A DNA stretch of 64,000 nt from Stegostoma tigrinum (GCF_030684315.1 NC_081396.1:4836001-4900000), one strand, 5' to 3'; shown: positions 37,804-52,099, counted from the first letter of the stretch. Notes: generated by a model from the letters alone, not told the origin. Program-made: numbers and translations.

Positions 37804-40800
37804 GAATATAACCTAAAAATATAATATAATCATTACAGTACAATGGCTTCTCTTCATTGTGAGTCCAAACGTATGACAGGAGGATAGTGGACTTAATTAA
37901 TTCTGTCCCACACAAGAGGCAAGTAAACGACTTCACCCTCATATCGCTGTTCTGATGATTTCCCAGGAAGAAAGGACAATCGAGTTCTTGACTGCAGTGC
38001 CCCCATATCCATGGACATTCTGTTGTGCTGGCCTCCTTATGAGTGTGGTCATGTTTTGCAAGCCTGGGTTAATAAATAAATATAATCCCACAATTCTTAC
38101 ATCACCACAGCTTCTCCATTTTGCCAGTGTTCTCTTGTCTCTGTAGTTTGACTGATCAGTTGAAGTCTCCTTTATGCAACGAACACTTAGTTTCCTGTGA
38201 ATGCAGTTATTTAAATATATATAGTCAATTAAAGCCCTTTCCAATTTCAGTGAGGTAGAAATCTCTCACTTAAATGCATGTGTGCCTCATAGAGTTTGCT
38301 GTCACATTGATCTTTGAAGTGTTATCGCACAGACAGAGCAGGCAAATATTTAACATCTATTTATAGATCAAGGATATTCAGGTCCAGATAACTCAGGCTA
38401 TTGTCAAATTTTGACTCATTGTTTGGGTTGCATTTCCCATCTGGAACTTGCACAGTCTACAAGATGAGTTTAAAAAAGACATCAATATAAGTACAGGATT
38501 TAACAAACAAGTCTTTTGAGACAATACTAGTTTTTGTGGGTTGAGATCCAAACTCATTATTTTTTTCACCAGGTCACTGACCACTTGAATGTTTCTTCTC
38601 TAGCTCTACGAATTGACAGATTCGTTTGGGTAAATTCACAAAATGCCTTGGTATTTTTTCTGGATTTCTCTCTCACTCCCTGCTCATGTTCTCATGGCAC
38701 ATCGCCTAAACTCAGAGTCAGGTATCTCAGAGTAATGTTAGGAAACTGTTGCTGACACAAAGGCTTCCACAAAGCAGTAGTTCTGTCACAGAAATGACGT
38801 TTGAAGGTGTTCTCACTAAGATAGCCGCCAGTTAGCCCCATGGGTGATACACATGACCCGAGAGGCTCTTATTCTGGGCCTTAGGCCTCACCCAAGAGTT
38901 TCCAGTCCTACTAACTTTGAAAAACTCCTCAACTGGAGGCAGTGTTATCTTCTCTTTCAGGTCTGGCCTCATTCTTCCACCACATGATCTGCAACCCGCT
39001 GCGCATGCTCCAGATAACTGTGGGGCTTGCATGAATGATGGCAGCTCCATGCAAATGGGAATACCTAAGCAGGAAGAGGGCTGTGAGCCAGAAGTGTTTT
39101 TCAGACCAATTGGGTGCATGATGGGTGAGGCTTATCTCGTGTGTCGCTCATTCATTGAAATTTTCCCTCATTTGGAAACCTAATTTGCCTGACACTCCGT
39201 GATAAAACTGGATCTTTCTGTTGGTGGGTTTAAAAAGATGAATGCCTGTGAGGATGAAGCAAGCGTTTCCACATACGTTACTGAAATGAGGGAACATAGT
39301 GAAGTAATTTATAAAGAACTGGAGCACTGCCTAAAAGAAATAAACACAGAGAGAGTAGTGTTATATATCATTCCAACAAAAGTCAAAAATTCAGAAGTAG
39401 AAATTGACTTAGAAACTGAGCAGGTCTGATTTCATCTTTGGAAAGAAATCAATCTCAATATTTTAGGCCCAGTGACGCTTCTTCAGAACTAACGCCAGCT
39501 GGAAATAGACTTCTGTATGCTAAAGGAAGAACGATGTGCAGTGGATGTACATGGTTCCATTTGGTAGGATAGAGGTAGGTAGCGAAAGAAATCAAAGTGA
39601 ACGCAGATGAGCATAATGGTGAGCCGAGGAGCAAAACAACATGATAATAGGGACCATTTCGTGAAAGAAAATGGGTTGTCAGTGATGAAAGAATCTCGTG
39701 TGGTGACAGGGCCAGGGTTTTGGTAGTAGGTATAGAATATGAAATGAATTGATCAGGCTCCAAAGCTATGCAACTCAATATTAAATCATGAAAGTTGCCA
39801 GAACGCCATTGGCCAATCAATAAACAATTCTGAAATTATCTCAGCATCCTCATCCACGTTTCAACCCTGCCTTTGTTAGGTAGAAACAATAAATTGGGCG
39901 CCATCATCCACCACCTTCATGGCTTCATACAATTGGTTGTTTCCTGGGACACATCTCATTGTGTGTCACAGGCAAAGCACCCAATGCTTCGTTATGATTT
40001 TGACCCCTGCTATCTCCTGTTCAAAAATGTGTATCTCAAGCATTCAGAGCGGCATAAGTTTCTGCTTTAAAGATACATTGAATTTCATCACTGTTATTCG
40101 CATGGCACAGTAACAAACTGTAGTAACAGTGAGCTACAGACACAAGATCGATGAAGTGAGGATTTTCGTTCTGATTTCAAGCGCTGCAGAAGAAAGGGCT
40201 TTTGCACAATTTGTTTTATCTTAATTATCACTGATATATTTTATCAGTGTAAACTTGCTGATAACAATGTGAACAATCGATGTTTCATGCGTTGTCATTG
40301 ATACAATATGAAGTAATTGTTTTTCCTTCTTGCTTAACTTTTGAGCACAGGAGTGGTGTGACAGAATCAAGGCTCAGACCTGAAAAACATGTTTTAATAG
40401 TTTAGACATGGCCATTTTAACAAGACAGGTATGTTTTTTTTAGTTAAAGAAGTTTTTTAAAAATCGAATCGGGATGCCAATTATCTGTCAGAAATGATGC
40501 AAAAACAAATTTCCCAGTGCAGCTGTGACACCATTCAGTGTTGTGCTGTATTTGAGACATCGTGATATGCAAGTGTCAGTGCCAGTCGAGGAAAAATAAT
40601 TCAGAAGTTGAATAAGAATTAGAAACTTAATACGAGTGTTTAACTTTGCATGAGTGCTGACTGTGCCAGCTCTAGAATGTCTACTCTGACAAGTGAATGT
40701 TGTTTTTTTATTAATTTTCTACTTCAACTAATGGAACAATGGATGTTGTTTGTCTATTTCAACGCAAACTGGTCATGATCATTGGTGGCATCAATTATTG

Positions 40801-43669
40801 ATAGGCCAGATAAATCCATGGAGGTCAATTATCTTCAAGCATGGAAATGAACAAACCATCACACCAGCTCTCCTGCCACACTCCAATCAACAGGCCAACT
40901 ACAAGAGAGATATTTAACATTTTGAACAAAAACAGTGTACAATACCGAACTTACACCTAGCATGTTACTGGCATGAGCGATCACAGTTGATTAGTGAAAT
41001 TTATCTCACTGTTCTTCTACTATCTAAACTATGTCTTTATGTCTGAAATCAATTAAATGATTCTTTACTCTTCTTTGTTCTCTGGTCGTGTTTCATAACT
41101 ATCGAGATAGTCATACCATCAGTGAACAGTTAAAGCCAAATTGAAATTTTTCATAAATTATCTCTTACCAGCTGCTGTTAATGTCAGTCGGGAAAATGCA
41201 TTAAAATTTGTAAACTTGAGCGATTCATTGTTCATTTCAGATCGCAGATTACGCTGAATAGTCACGATCCACTTAACATCCTGTCTTAGAAATATATCAC
41301 CTTCCTTCATTATTATTGGGTTTAAATCCTGGAAACCCCTCTTGAATAGCATAGACGATCTAATTACATTTGGCTGACAGCTGTCGAAAAAGGTAGTTGG
41401 GACAATCATCCAAAGAAGCAAATGTAGATGGGCAATTAATATTGACCCTGGCAGCTGCATCTACCTTCCAAGATTGCATTGACAAAAAATAAATAAAAAG
41501 TGCTCTGATGACAGAGAATTGTTGGAAGTTGTACACAAAACAAAATTGTGACAGAATCATGAGGACACTTGAAATGTGTCACATTTTGATCATTGCCGAG
41601 TGGAGAGAATGGGAAAAATAGCAATGGGATGTTCGAATACTTACCATCATGTAATTTAAGTGCAATGAATTAATTGTCATACCAATGGGAGGAACAATTC
41701 TGAATATTGATTTGGGAGCTTTGCGATATAATTATTGAATATGGTAAACAGAGATAATGTGAGTGAGCTCAGTTTGGGGAAGAAAAATCGCCTTATCAAA
41801 TGGGGGAGCTCTAAGGCCTCCATCTGCACATAAAGAATGATGTATAGTTTCTAATTATAGAGGTAGAGTGGAAAAAACATCGAAATGTATGAATGAAGGG
41901 ACAGATACAAAAAAAACAAGACAGACCGGGAGGGAGAGAGAGGCAGAGAGAGAGAAAGAGAGAGCGAAGGATAGAGAAACAGTATTTAATTTATTTCCTC
42001 AGCAAGAAATGAGATGAATTTGTTCAAAAATTTTAAACCTTGCAGGAATTTAACGCTGTTCTCTGGCAGTCTCTGATATTATTGTATGAAAAACATTGAA
42101 ATTAGAAAGAATAAGCTTTCCATAGTTTAACAGAACAGAACATATGGGAGAAGTATTTGGCCATTCAGTACGTCGAGTCGGCTCCACCATTCGGTAATGG
42201 TCTAAAATGAAACACTCCAACAATTTTCGTTTGTCTCAGTGATGTTGTGATCAGTTACAGCGACCCCTCGAAAGTGGAAAAAATCCTTTGCAAAGTATAG
42301 ACCACGTCCTTGTTACTGCTCCACGAGTCTCTTGAGCAATTTGTAACATCAGATACAGGCAAGTGAAATAGGAATCTGAGTATGACTCATTCAATCACTC
42401 TAGCCTGGTCTGCCATTCTGTCAGATTATTGACCTAACTGAAACATAAACTCCACAGGTCCAACTACCTCTGATAACCACTGACTGTCTTACACCTGAGC
42501 CAGTCTCGTTCAGCAAAGTATTGACACAGACATGGTTTAACCCAGAAACTGCTTCTTCAGTTATTGAAGTCGTTGAGAAAGTGAAAAACGGATATCTCGA
42601 CCTCTACGTTTAAATTCACAACTGCTAATGGCTTCAGGGTTGGTATTGAGACAGAATTATAAGTGAAGTGAGCTCAGACGGTTGTGGAATTTAACCGATG
42701 ACCGTGGGAGGAATACATCATTACTTTAAAATGGTGATACATAAGATCTCAACTACTTCCATTATCCTTTCTATGTCAGGATATGTTTTGTAATATCTCT
42801 TAAAGAAAGGTTTTGGTTGTAAACATTAATATCTCATCAATGCTTTCTGGTCAAATTTACTTCGTAAAACATTCTAAAAGTAGTGTCCTCCAACAAGCGC
42901 AGTGCAGGAACTAAAGATACAACCAAACTCTTTGCAGCATTGTGACTGGATCTAATTTAAAATCTAACTGATATAAGTTCATTCATGGTGATTCATATTT
43001 CAGCAATCTAATATGGTTATTTTCTTTACAATCGTACCGCATAATATATGAAATAATATCTTTTAATGCTCCATAAAACAAATGGAAATAATGTTTGATT
43101 ATTTGTCACAGTGCCACCTAACATCTCATAATACAACTATATATATATATATATATGCTGAATTGAAATTTCTTACACTCATTGAGTACCAAATGTTTGA
43201 AAAAAAAATCAGACTGAGCATAAAAGTGGAGAAAATGAATTCATTAAGATATATAAATTGAACATAAAATAACTGGTTTGAGATGTATTACTGACTTGGT
43301 TCATAAATTAAGGCAAGAACGGGATTTTTAAAAAAGTGAAATAAAAGCCAGTTGGATGAATCATGCATCTTTTCTTTAAATTGCAGAAACAGAAGCAATT
43401 TGAAACTGAAAATCTTAGTTCTCTGATATATCTAAATCGTTCATTGTTCCAAATGAGACTCACCAGAGGTATTATTCAGATACAGCAGGCATATTCAGCA
43501 AGCAAACAGAAAAATTCACATTTTCTTAGCTTTCATTTCTAAGGTTCATATGGTGAATGTTAAATTGTACATATGTGCAGCGAACTGATAACTGCGAGGT
43601 TGGCATTTTTCCCATTCTAACAAAATGCTGCATTTCTGTCTCTATCATATGGGGCAGCTAATTGTTGTC

Positions 43670-43958
43670 GATCACAGAATCCCTACAGTGTGGAAACAGG
43701 CCCTTGGATCCAATATGTCCATACCGACCCTCAAAGCATTTCACACTGAAGCATCACCCTGCAACTCACCGAATCTACACATCCCTCAGCATTATGGTCA
43801 ATTTAACATGGCCAATCCACATAGCCTGCACATCGCTGGACTGGGGGAGAAAACCAGAGGACAGAGATGAAACCCACACAGACACGGGGAGAATGTGCAG
43901 ACTCCACACAGACAGTGGCCCGTGGGTAGAATTGAACTGGGTCCATGGCACAGTGAGG
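43670..43958 (-). mobile_element. Shark SINE (HE1-like)
   Basis: Reverse complement of the SINE core (gggagaatgtgcagactccacacagacagt). Confidence 0.82.
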
Positions 43959-46604
43959 TTTAAGAGCCCTTGGGCGAATGAGACAAAATTCTATCTCTCA
44001 TATAAAACTGTTTCATTTTACCAAGGAGAATAGGAAGATAGAAACTGGGGTGGGTTATTCATTATGTCGAACCTGTTCCAAATTTCAATGAGATCACTTC
44101 TGATTTGTGGCATAACTCCATATACCTGACTTTGACCTAAAACCCTTAATTTTTTGACTTAACAAAAATACATCATTTTTCGGATTTAAAATTAATGGCT
44201 AATCGTATGTCAAACCCCGTTTGTGGAAGAGATTTCCAAACATTATCACTTTTGAGTGTAGATGAGCTTCCTCACATTTCTCCTAAAAGCTCTGGTCTTA
44301 ACTGCCACACTATGACACCCATGTTAGAACTCACAAGCAGATAGCTTGGTTTATCTTTATATAACCCGTTTATTCCTGTTAATATATTGAAAATTTAAGG
44401 ATTTATATTATAGACAAAACAGTTCAATTTTTACAATATACCTTCATAAATTAACCCAGGAGGAGGTCCGGTATCCTTTTTTTCTAAAATCACGTTGTAC
44501 TCCGTTGAAGGCCAATATATACTGCCTATGATTTAGTGCCCGTATCTGCTCATAATATTGCAAATGGGGTCCACTATGGAATTAAAGAACTTCAGCATAA
44601 GAACTGTATCCTTGTACCACAGTCCTCTTATGTATTAAGGCTAACAGTTCATCAGTTTTCTTGATTGTTTTTCTGCAATTTTAATGATCTCTGCACCTGA
44701 GGCCGTAATGCTCATTGGGCATTCACTGTTTTTAATTTCGTACCATTTAGAACATGCCCTGAAAGGTTATCGTTAAGGACTCTGCAATGTGCTCTTCTGT
44801 TTTCTTTAACACAATAGGAATAGGATCCATCCAGTTCTGTTGAATTGACAGTCTTCCAATAATTTCTTTATTTCTGATGTTTTTGTTACCTTCATTTTAT
44901 TCAGTGTCTGTTCCCAATCAACTAGCTATTTCCTCAGGAATTCCAGCAAACCAGCCCCGTTTTCCATTGGAGACTTTGGGACAAAATAATTATTGAACAT
45001 GTCTAACATTTCCACACAGTTATTGACAATGCCACCACTTCCAGTTTTAATGAGCTAATGTTGCTCCTGATCACTCCTTTCTCTTCATGTAAGTGTAAAA
45101 TTATGCACTTCAGTTCAAACAATTGCTGTCTAATCGTATATCTCGCAATACTCTGTTTGCTTATTTTAATTTCCAAGAATTAACTAAAGAATGAAGCACT
45201 TGAAGAATAACATGAAACACTGAAGATACTGTCGGGGATGGAAATGTTCCGTCATGGCCTTGTGGTTGAACTACTGAGCAAGAGAGTTCTGAGGAAGGGT
45301 TAACAGGCCCAAAACGTTAATTCTGTTTCTTTTTCTTTACAGATGTTGCCAGATTGCTGACCTTACCCAGCAACATTGCTGTTGGGCCAGAATAATCTTC
45401 TGGGGACACAACAGCTGATGGAACATAAATTCAATTCACAAGTAATCTTGCATTAGCTAGACCCGAGTTTCACAAAGACACATTGTTTTCCCTGTCATGT
45501 GGGATGGAAATCTGGCATTCCTATCTGACCTACGTTTCACTTAACTACTGAGCGGGAGCCCTTTAAAATGACTGAGCAAATCACTCTGACAAAGGGCTCT
45601 CAGGGGCCTTTCCAGTAATATCCACATGCGGTGAGGAATAGAAAGAAAAGAATGGTATAATAACCCACAGATTCTAATTATTTAGCTTTTTAATCTTCTG
45701 AGTTCTTAAGGAAAAGGAAATGAAGCCAGACCAATAATCTTCAGTGTCTGCAGCTACTTGCTGCGAACAATAGAACAGTCACTGTTCTGTTTTGTTTTTC
45801 TTATTTGATTTTGTGCAGATTCTGACACACAAATATATTCCCAGGAACCAAAGCAGTGCTAATGAAGTTTTCATTTTTTGTGCTGACGTTCCATTCGTTT
45901 TCAGAAAGATATTTAAAACTCTAAGGAAATGCTAAAAGCCCGAATTTCTAAATGTAATTGTTTCAATGAGCACTGGACTCCGGGTATAATGCACCTGAGC
46001 TGTGTGAACTCATTTTGGGCTTGTTTTGCCCAAAATCAAAAGCGACACAAGGCTTACAAAAATAGTTATATTCATGATCCTATCATTAAGGGATGGTATA
46101 TTTTGAAACACAGTATACAACAAGGATGTATTATTCCTCAAAAAAACTGATAGAGGTATTTTCATTGATTGCGGCTTTTGGTGGGGTAAACATCCATAGA
46201 ATGTTTCGGACTGGGAAAGATTCCAAAATCTACCATTCATAAGAGTAGGAGTCAGAACGTAAAATGCATTCAAAATTTTCTGGGAACCCTGTTCCTGCTT
46301 TAGAATACAGAACTCACTGTTTTAAGGAGAGTTGGAATCAAATTCATAGATTTATGAAGGAGACTTCAGTTATAGAGTTGAAGAAGAGATGGAAGTATGG
46401 ACATGAGGATAAAAACAGAGGCGAGTGAAAGACAATTCATCTGTGAATTTATACATGGAAAAATACTGCTTTCTCTGATGTCACATTTCTATACAAATTT
46501 CTATTTAATTTCATGTCACACCAAAAGCGATTTTTTGTACTATCAGCTCGATTCACGTTAACTTTAAATCCATCATATCGGCTTTCATTAACCTTGTGTT
46601 CCAG

Positions 46605-46845
46605 ATCTCAAGAATGAAGCCGTCACTCACAAAAAGAGGAAGGAGATTTCACTTTGAAGTGCACCTACGCTGACAAAGCGTATTCCTTCCTTAAGCCAAG
46701 TCAGTGCCCAGGCAGACAGCCGAGTTTGCAGTCTTGAAGTGCAAGAACGACGATGCTGAACTGAAGGTGCATTTCGCTCATAACGTTTTTTTTTTAAATA
46801 GTCCAGCAGTCAGACAATTTGTGCCAATTGTCCATCTCCGGAAAC
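46605..46845 (+). pseudogene. TCR Valpha-like pseudogene fragment, no RSS
   Basis: After acceptor gtgttccag it reads DLKNEAVT../EEGDFTLKCTYADKAYSFL..QCPGRQP/EFAVLKCKNDDAELKVHFA../VQQSDNLCQLSISG across frameshifts, and is truncated before YYC. Confidence 0.65.
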
Positions 46846-47122
46846 CTTGGACAATAGTTGCTGGTTTTTCTGTGTCACAGAATTATCCCATCACTTATTG
46901 CATTTTATTAAATATTAAATCAATATAAAGTGAGGTGAGGAAAGCTTTCCCACTGCTGCACCTGCTGGTCTTGGTTTGTAAATGATATTAGTTCATTTGA
47001 AATCAGCACATTTGGTATGATGTGAGAAAATAATTGTTACTTTCTACTCTACGAACTCTTTTGTACTTTGTTATATTGGGACAATGTATTTTCCGAGGCT
47101 CAGTCTGGTCCCTGTGACTGTG

Positions 47123-47409
47123 TCTCTCAGCCCACAGAAATACACTGCAAAGAATTTTAGCCACAGATCTGCAATGGTGAATTTCCCCTTATTTTTCGAA
47201 CTATCCACAGATGCAGATCATTGAGCCACAACTCCTTCTGCTCTCATCACTTTACCACATGAAGTACATCAAGAATGTCTGACATTTACCAGGTCGCCGA
47301 CGGTACAATTGCAAAGTATGCATATTAATTCTAGTCGAAGAGCTGAAATAAATGATCACCAAATCTCCTTCAAACCACATCACTGTAATCGGCTTCTGTG
47401 ACATGGCAT
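47123..47409 (-). pseudogene. TCR Valpha/delta-like pseudogene
   Basis: After acceptor tttgtgcag it reads DAMSQKPITVMWFEGDLVIIYF..QLYRRRPGK../AEGVVAQ*SASVDSSKNKGKFTIADL...AVYFCGLR. The first Cys has become Phe and the Trp Leu, with a frameshift and a stop. Heptamer CACAGTC follows (47122-47116) with a weak nonamer. Confidence 0.8.
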
Positions 47410-48330
47410 CTGCACAAATGTGGAAAGAAAACGACATTAAAATGACTTTAATCAATGTTACCAATTTAAAGCGTATGCTGTATTACAGAGAAACATGGAC
47501 AAATGAAATATTGCAATAGAAATAATCCTTAGAAGAAAATATTATACAACTGAGGAATTTACCAGATTTTTTAAAAAGTTGCAGCTGTGAGAAATTAGCA
47601 AGTTACAAGCACTTACACGTTTGCAGACTGGATGGTGGGTTTGAACAAAGGAAATTGAAATCGAATTGTTTCAGTTCAGGGACACTTATGTGATACATCC
47701 GCCTCGCTGCCCAAAGGCTCATTTCAGTCAGTCACCAGGTTTCACCCAAGCAGCTTAAAGCTTCTTTGATTTCAAGTATATGACGTCAAAGTGTTGGCCG
47801 TAAGAACACAGAATGGGAGCTGGAGGAGGCTATTTAAACAGTCGAAACTGCTCCACCAGTGAATAAAATTACGGTTAATCCACCTCACTTCCAACATCCA
47901 GCAGAATATCCAAATCACTTCGTTTTTTTTTAAATTACCCATTAATCTATCGACATCAGTTGGAAATGTAATCAATGCCTGGGCAACCTGTGATTACTGA
48001 ATACTCTATGATTACTGAATAATGCTGAAACGAATACGAACATCAATTTTGTTCTTTACCAAAGTCAGCCTAGGTTACTGATGGATAATAATTAACATAG
48101 GTGTGACAGCAGTACCATAGGCCATCATGAAGATCGCGGCCCACTGATCATGTAAATTCGTGTAGCAATATAAAGAGAGAGTTTTTTTGCAGAAAAGCAG
48201 ACAATGTGAACGGCAGAAATAGGTCTTTGTCGTTTCGTTTTTGATGCATTAGTGTCTATCAAACCTGCTCACGGATCAGATTGTAATTTGTTGGGTGAGG
48301 GTGTGATGGGGATGAAGTTAGCGTCTTGGT

Positions 48331-48369
48331 AGTGTTTGTATTGGCTGACAGAACCATTGTGTCACTGTG
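48331..48369 (-). other. Near-consensus 23-RSS
   Basis: CACAGTG (7/7) + 23 nt + ACAAACACT (7/9). Confidence 0.9.
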
Positions 48370-48812
48370 GCGTCTCTGTATAAAGTGATAGATGGCGGAG
48401 TCAGAGAAATGAGCAGCGGCATATTTTGAGGAACTGTTTTCTTTTCATTGTCCAGGGGAGCATAAACCCTTTTGGCCAAATCCGGAGATGTATCTCCCTA
48501 TTCCTTGCCAAATCCTCTCAGTAGTTTTGTCGGAGCATTCACGGGATATTGGATGCACCAGAAGAGAGTTGGAGCAGTGGACAATGCTGTGTGATTACAG
48601 TTGAGGATTACATGCGATCCATCATGAAGCGTTTTGTTAATGCGAATCTTGGTCACTTGTTCCTGCAAATGACATGTAGAAGTCGTCAATATTTGTGGGT
48701 TTAGCGGCTTTTGCTCAGACTCACAGAATTCACAAACATTATTGTCAATAAAGCACATACGTAGAGCAAGTTGTCAGCATGATCACAGTAAACAACGCAC
48801 TCTTTAAAACAT
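48370..48812 (-). pseudogene. TCR Valpha/delta-like pseudogene with leader relic
   Basis: Broken leader at 48812-48761 (LKSALFTVIMLTTCS, gtatgt donor). The V exon from 48662 reads GTSDQDS../LHDGSHVILNCNHTALSTAPTLFWCIQYPVNAPTKLL..*..LDNEKKTVP/AAHFSDSAIYHF, with frameshifts, a stop and the second Cys lost. Confidence 0.85.
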
Positions 48813-51800
48813 GTTGACGGTTCTAATCTTAAGTCAGGCAATAAACCAGATCAGGCAAGCCTTCGGTAATTAAGAGGTGTTCCCTTGTTCCGATTGGCTG
48901 GTTTCTCAGATTTCTTGTCAACAATGGACCAATAGCACTTAATATAACACTGAATACAGCTGGCTCTTTGCAATTTCTTCTCTGGATATTTTTGTACCTT
49001 TGTTACCACCTCTTGGCATGTCTCACACCTTGAGACATTATGTTTCTTCCGCTGTTTCATTCAATTTCACTCTATGACTGACAATCCACTCCTCAGACAG
49101 GGAGGTCCACTCTGTCGTTAAGCTTAAAGATGAATAGTTTAAAATCGTTGTCATGATCGGCACTCAATTAACGTGTACAGTAAAAGTCTACAATTTTTTT
49201 TAGCGTGTAAAGCTCAGGAAGGGAATGATAAGTCATCACCCGTCTGTAAATTAAATAATCGGACTTGTGGGGTCATCTTTTTCAGCAAAGTTGGAAATGT
49301 CTGTCAGTAACTGTTCTTACATCGTGGATGGTAAAATGTTAACTGCATTATGGTCCTCTGAGCTCGCTGCCCAGATTTCAGATGAGATCAATTTTGAAAG
49401 ATTGTGCTGAATAAGTAGGCACCAGATCGGGAACTTTTAGAAGTAAAAATGGATCAATTTACTCACCCAGGCCATCTTCAAAATTAATGCTGGAATAATA
49501 ATGCAAACAGGCTATTCAAAACCATATACACAAGCACACATGTATGAAAACGCATGCGACAGAAACACAAATACGAAGAATCACACATACCCAAGCAGAA
49601 CCTGAAGTATAAGCATAAAGTTTATCAACTACCTTGCATCATTTTTAAGTTGCACACTATCTGTCGCCTGCACTTCTCCCCCAAATTTGTCAATTTCCAC
49701 TTCCCTGCAAGCACCATGATAAGGAATAGATTTCTTCTTCCGTGCAAGGAGATTTCTGAAATTGCTTGTGTCGTTTAGGGCAGACTCCATTTCAGAGAGA
49801 TATCTGATGGTGTGTCTGTGTATGTGAGAGAGAGAAAAGAGCGAGCGAGAGAAAGGGACAGAAGGAAAGTGAATGCTGAAGCATCCCAGTTAAGGAATAT
49901 AATGTATTAAGTTGCAACAATTGCTCTTCCTATTGGTATATTGCACACATTAAAATAAATATTCGTATTGTAACAGTCCAAAGAAGCACACAGTTTCAAG
50001 TCACAAACCAGAATTTAGAATGAATGTAGAGATGGTTCTCTTGATTCACTAAGAGCGATCATAGTGTAGAATAAAACTTCAGGTAAACTGCGGAAGGGAA
50101 ATACACAAATATCGTTGGTTGCTGCAGTTAAAAGTAAAATGCAGAGTTCTATTATCCAGGGAAGGAGGGCATATCCCTTCCTTCTCCTCACTGTGATCTG
50201 ACGCCAGCTTCCTGAAGTCATTTATGGGCGAACAAAGGGTCTGTAAGTTTATTGGGTCCCGCCCAGAGAGTCTATCTGAAATGAACTAGTCAGCAAGACG
50301 CCAGATGTGAGTTTTTACTCAAACGAACCATCAGTTCTGAGCTGCAATAGCTGAGCTTTATCTCCCTCTGCTTAAAGCCACCATTAGCTCTGTGTGGGCC
50401 GACAGGCACAATGACAAGGACCAGGTCAAACCTTGCTTCAAAGTGGCAATACGAAAGTCATAAAAAGTTTAGAAGCAAGATAAGTTGAATAACAGCTCTT
50501 AATAAGCGATCACCTTCAGACAAGTTCTCTACATGAAATATCCATTTAACGCTCAGTAGAAGAGTGAGATTTAAACTATCATTCCCTCCACATTCAGGAA
50601 TTGTCTGAAGAAACACAGAGCAATTTATTAAAAATGCTTTGTAATGCACGTTAAATAGTTGGGATTCTTTGCTGATTGGCAGCTTCGGCCACCACAGCTC
50701 TGTATGCACAGTACAAACGCTCACCAATTCTCCCACTCACCCATTCCCCTGCTACCAATGCTTTGCCACACCCCACACTATTTGGATTTTTCAAATTGGT
50801 AATCTCTAGTGCCCCGCGTAGAAAGTTGATCAAAATTCACCCTGTCTGCAAATTCATTCTCTTTAGTGGCAGTGAATGAAAGGAATTTCTCAATCTATTT
50901 CAACAACGGTAATTCCTTTATTGAGATACCTGATTTTAGATCAGTGAACGACCAAATCATGTGTAAGACCAGTTAGACATGTTCATTTTCCGAACACTGA
51001 GTGACCAAAATTTTCTTGGGTCAATTAAAGACAAGCTGGCTATGTTTACTTATTCCAAACAATAGTGAGAAACTTTAATGGCTTTCTTCTCTGACATAAA
51101 CGGAGAGACACTTTCATGGCTTTCTGCTCTGTTATAAACAAACTTGTGGTTATCGACGTTGTCAGGACATCAGATCAAAATCCGCATAATTTGCAGGATG
51201 TGACATCAAATCGAAGTCAGTCCAAACTGTCATTTTTTTTTCTGGATGAGCTGTAGATTTTAGAGGTGCAGAAATATCCCTCAAATACTGTAACACCAGT
51301 GTTGATTGTTCTGTCTAAGCAATAGATAATTTCCATTGTTGGTTAGGCATTTATAGTTTAAAAGAGTGTTTAAAAAGTCAAGGAATAAATTTACGAAAGA
51401 GAATCAAATGTTCGATAAATATCGGAGCTGGATTAGAGCACACGTGGTAATGTGTGGAATTCTGGTCTCTCTTCTTCAGAGAATGCAGGGATGTAAAGAA
51501 CAACATTTTAAAAAGTATAATGCAGATGTTACTAGAATTGAGAGATTATAACTCCCAGAAAGAAAGGTGTAGACTTGTGTTCCTTTGTCTGCTAATGAGA
51601 TGAGTAATGAGTAACGGGACTGATGTTTTTACAATGGTACAATGATCTTATGTTGCAGAGATAGAGGAGAATATTGCACTTGAGGATTCATAGATCACTA
51701 TTCACAGATCACATCACTCAATAACGGTTAAATAACAGCATACATGGACTCAAAATTTCCCCAGTTCTCTTCATCAGTATCTGTCTTGACGGTACTTTTT

Positions 51801-52099
51801 CAATATGTTCCCTAAAGTACTAATTTTTTGAAAGGTTGTATTATTGAGCAGTAGCAACCTCCACAAGCAATTACGTCTCTCTGAGCTGCACTGCCCATGG
51901 TATAAAATAAAACAGCTGTAACAAATTAGAGTTCTTTTATCAAGCTTTACCTTCAGCTTATGCTTCCCGTTTTTCTTTCCCTGAGCCGTCGTTATGTCAT
52001 CATTTTGTGCTGTTTTAATTTAGCTCACTATCGTTTTAAAGTCCATTTCTCTATGAATTATGTCTCAGTGCCTTAAAGCTCGAACCATGTTTTTTTGTG

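Noticed and set aside
48181-48208. gtttttttg-12-caatgtg RSS-like motif
   Set aside because: The nonamer is out of register and there is no associated D or J coding sequence.
50040-50450. Possible + strand V relic ending ctctgtgtgggccgacagg-cacaatg
   Set aside because: Only scattered motif hints and no nonamer; too degenerate to support.
50730-50790. J-like VGCGKALVAGE followed by gtgagt on the - strand
   Set aside because: No F/W-G-x-G-T motif, wrong splice phase and no RSS.
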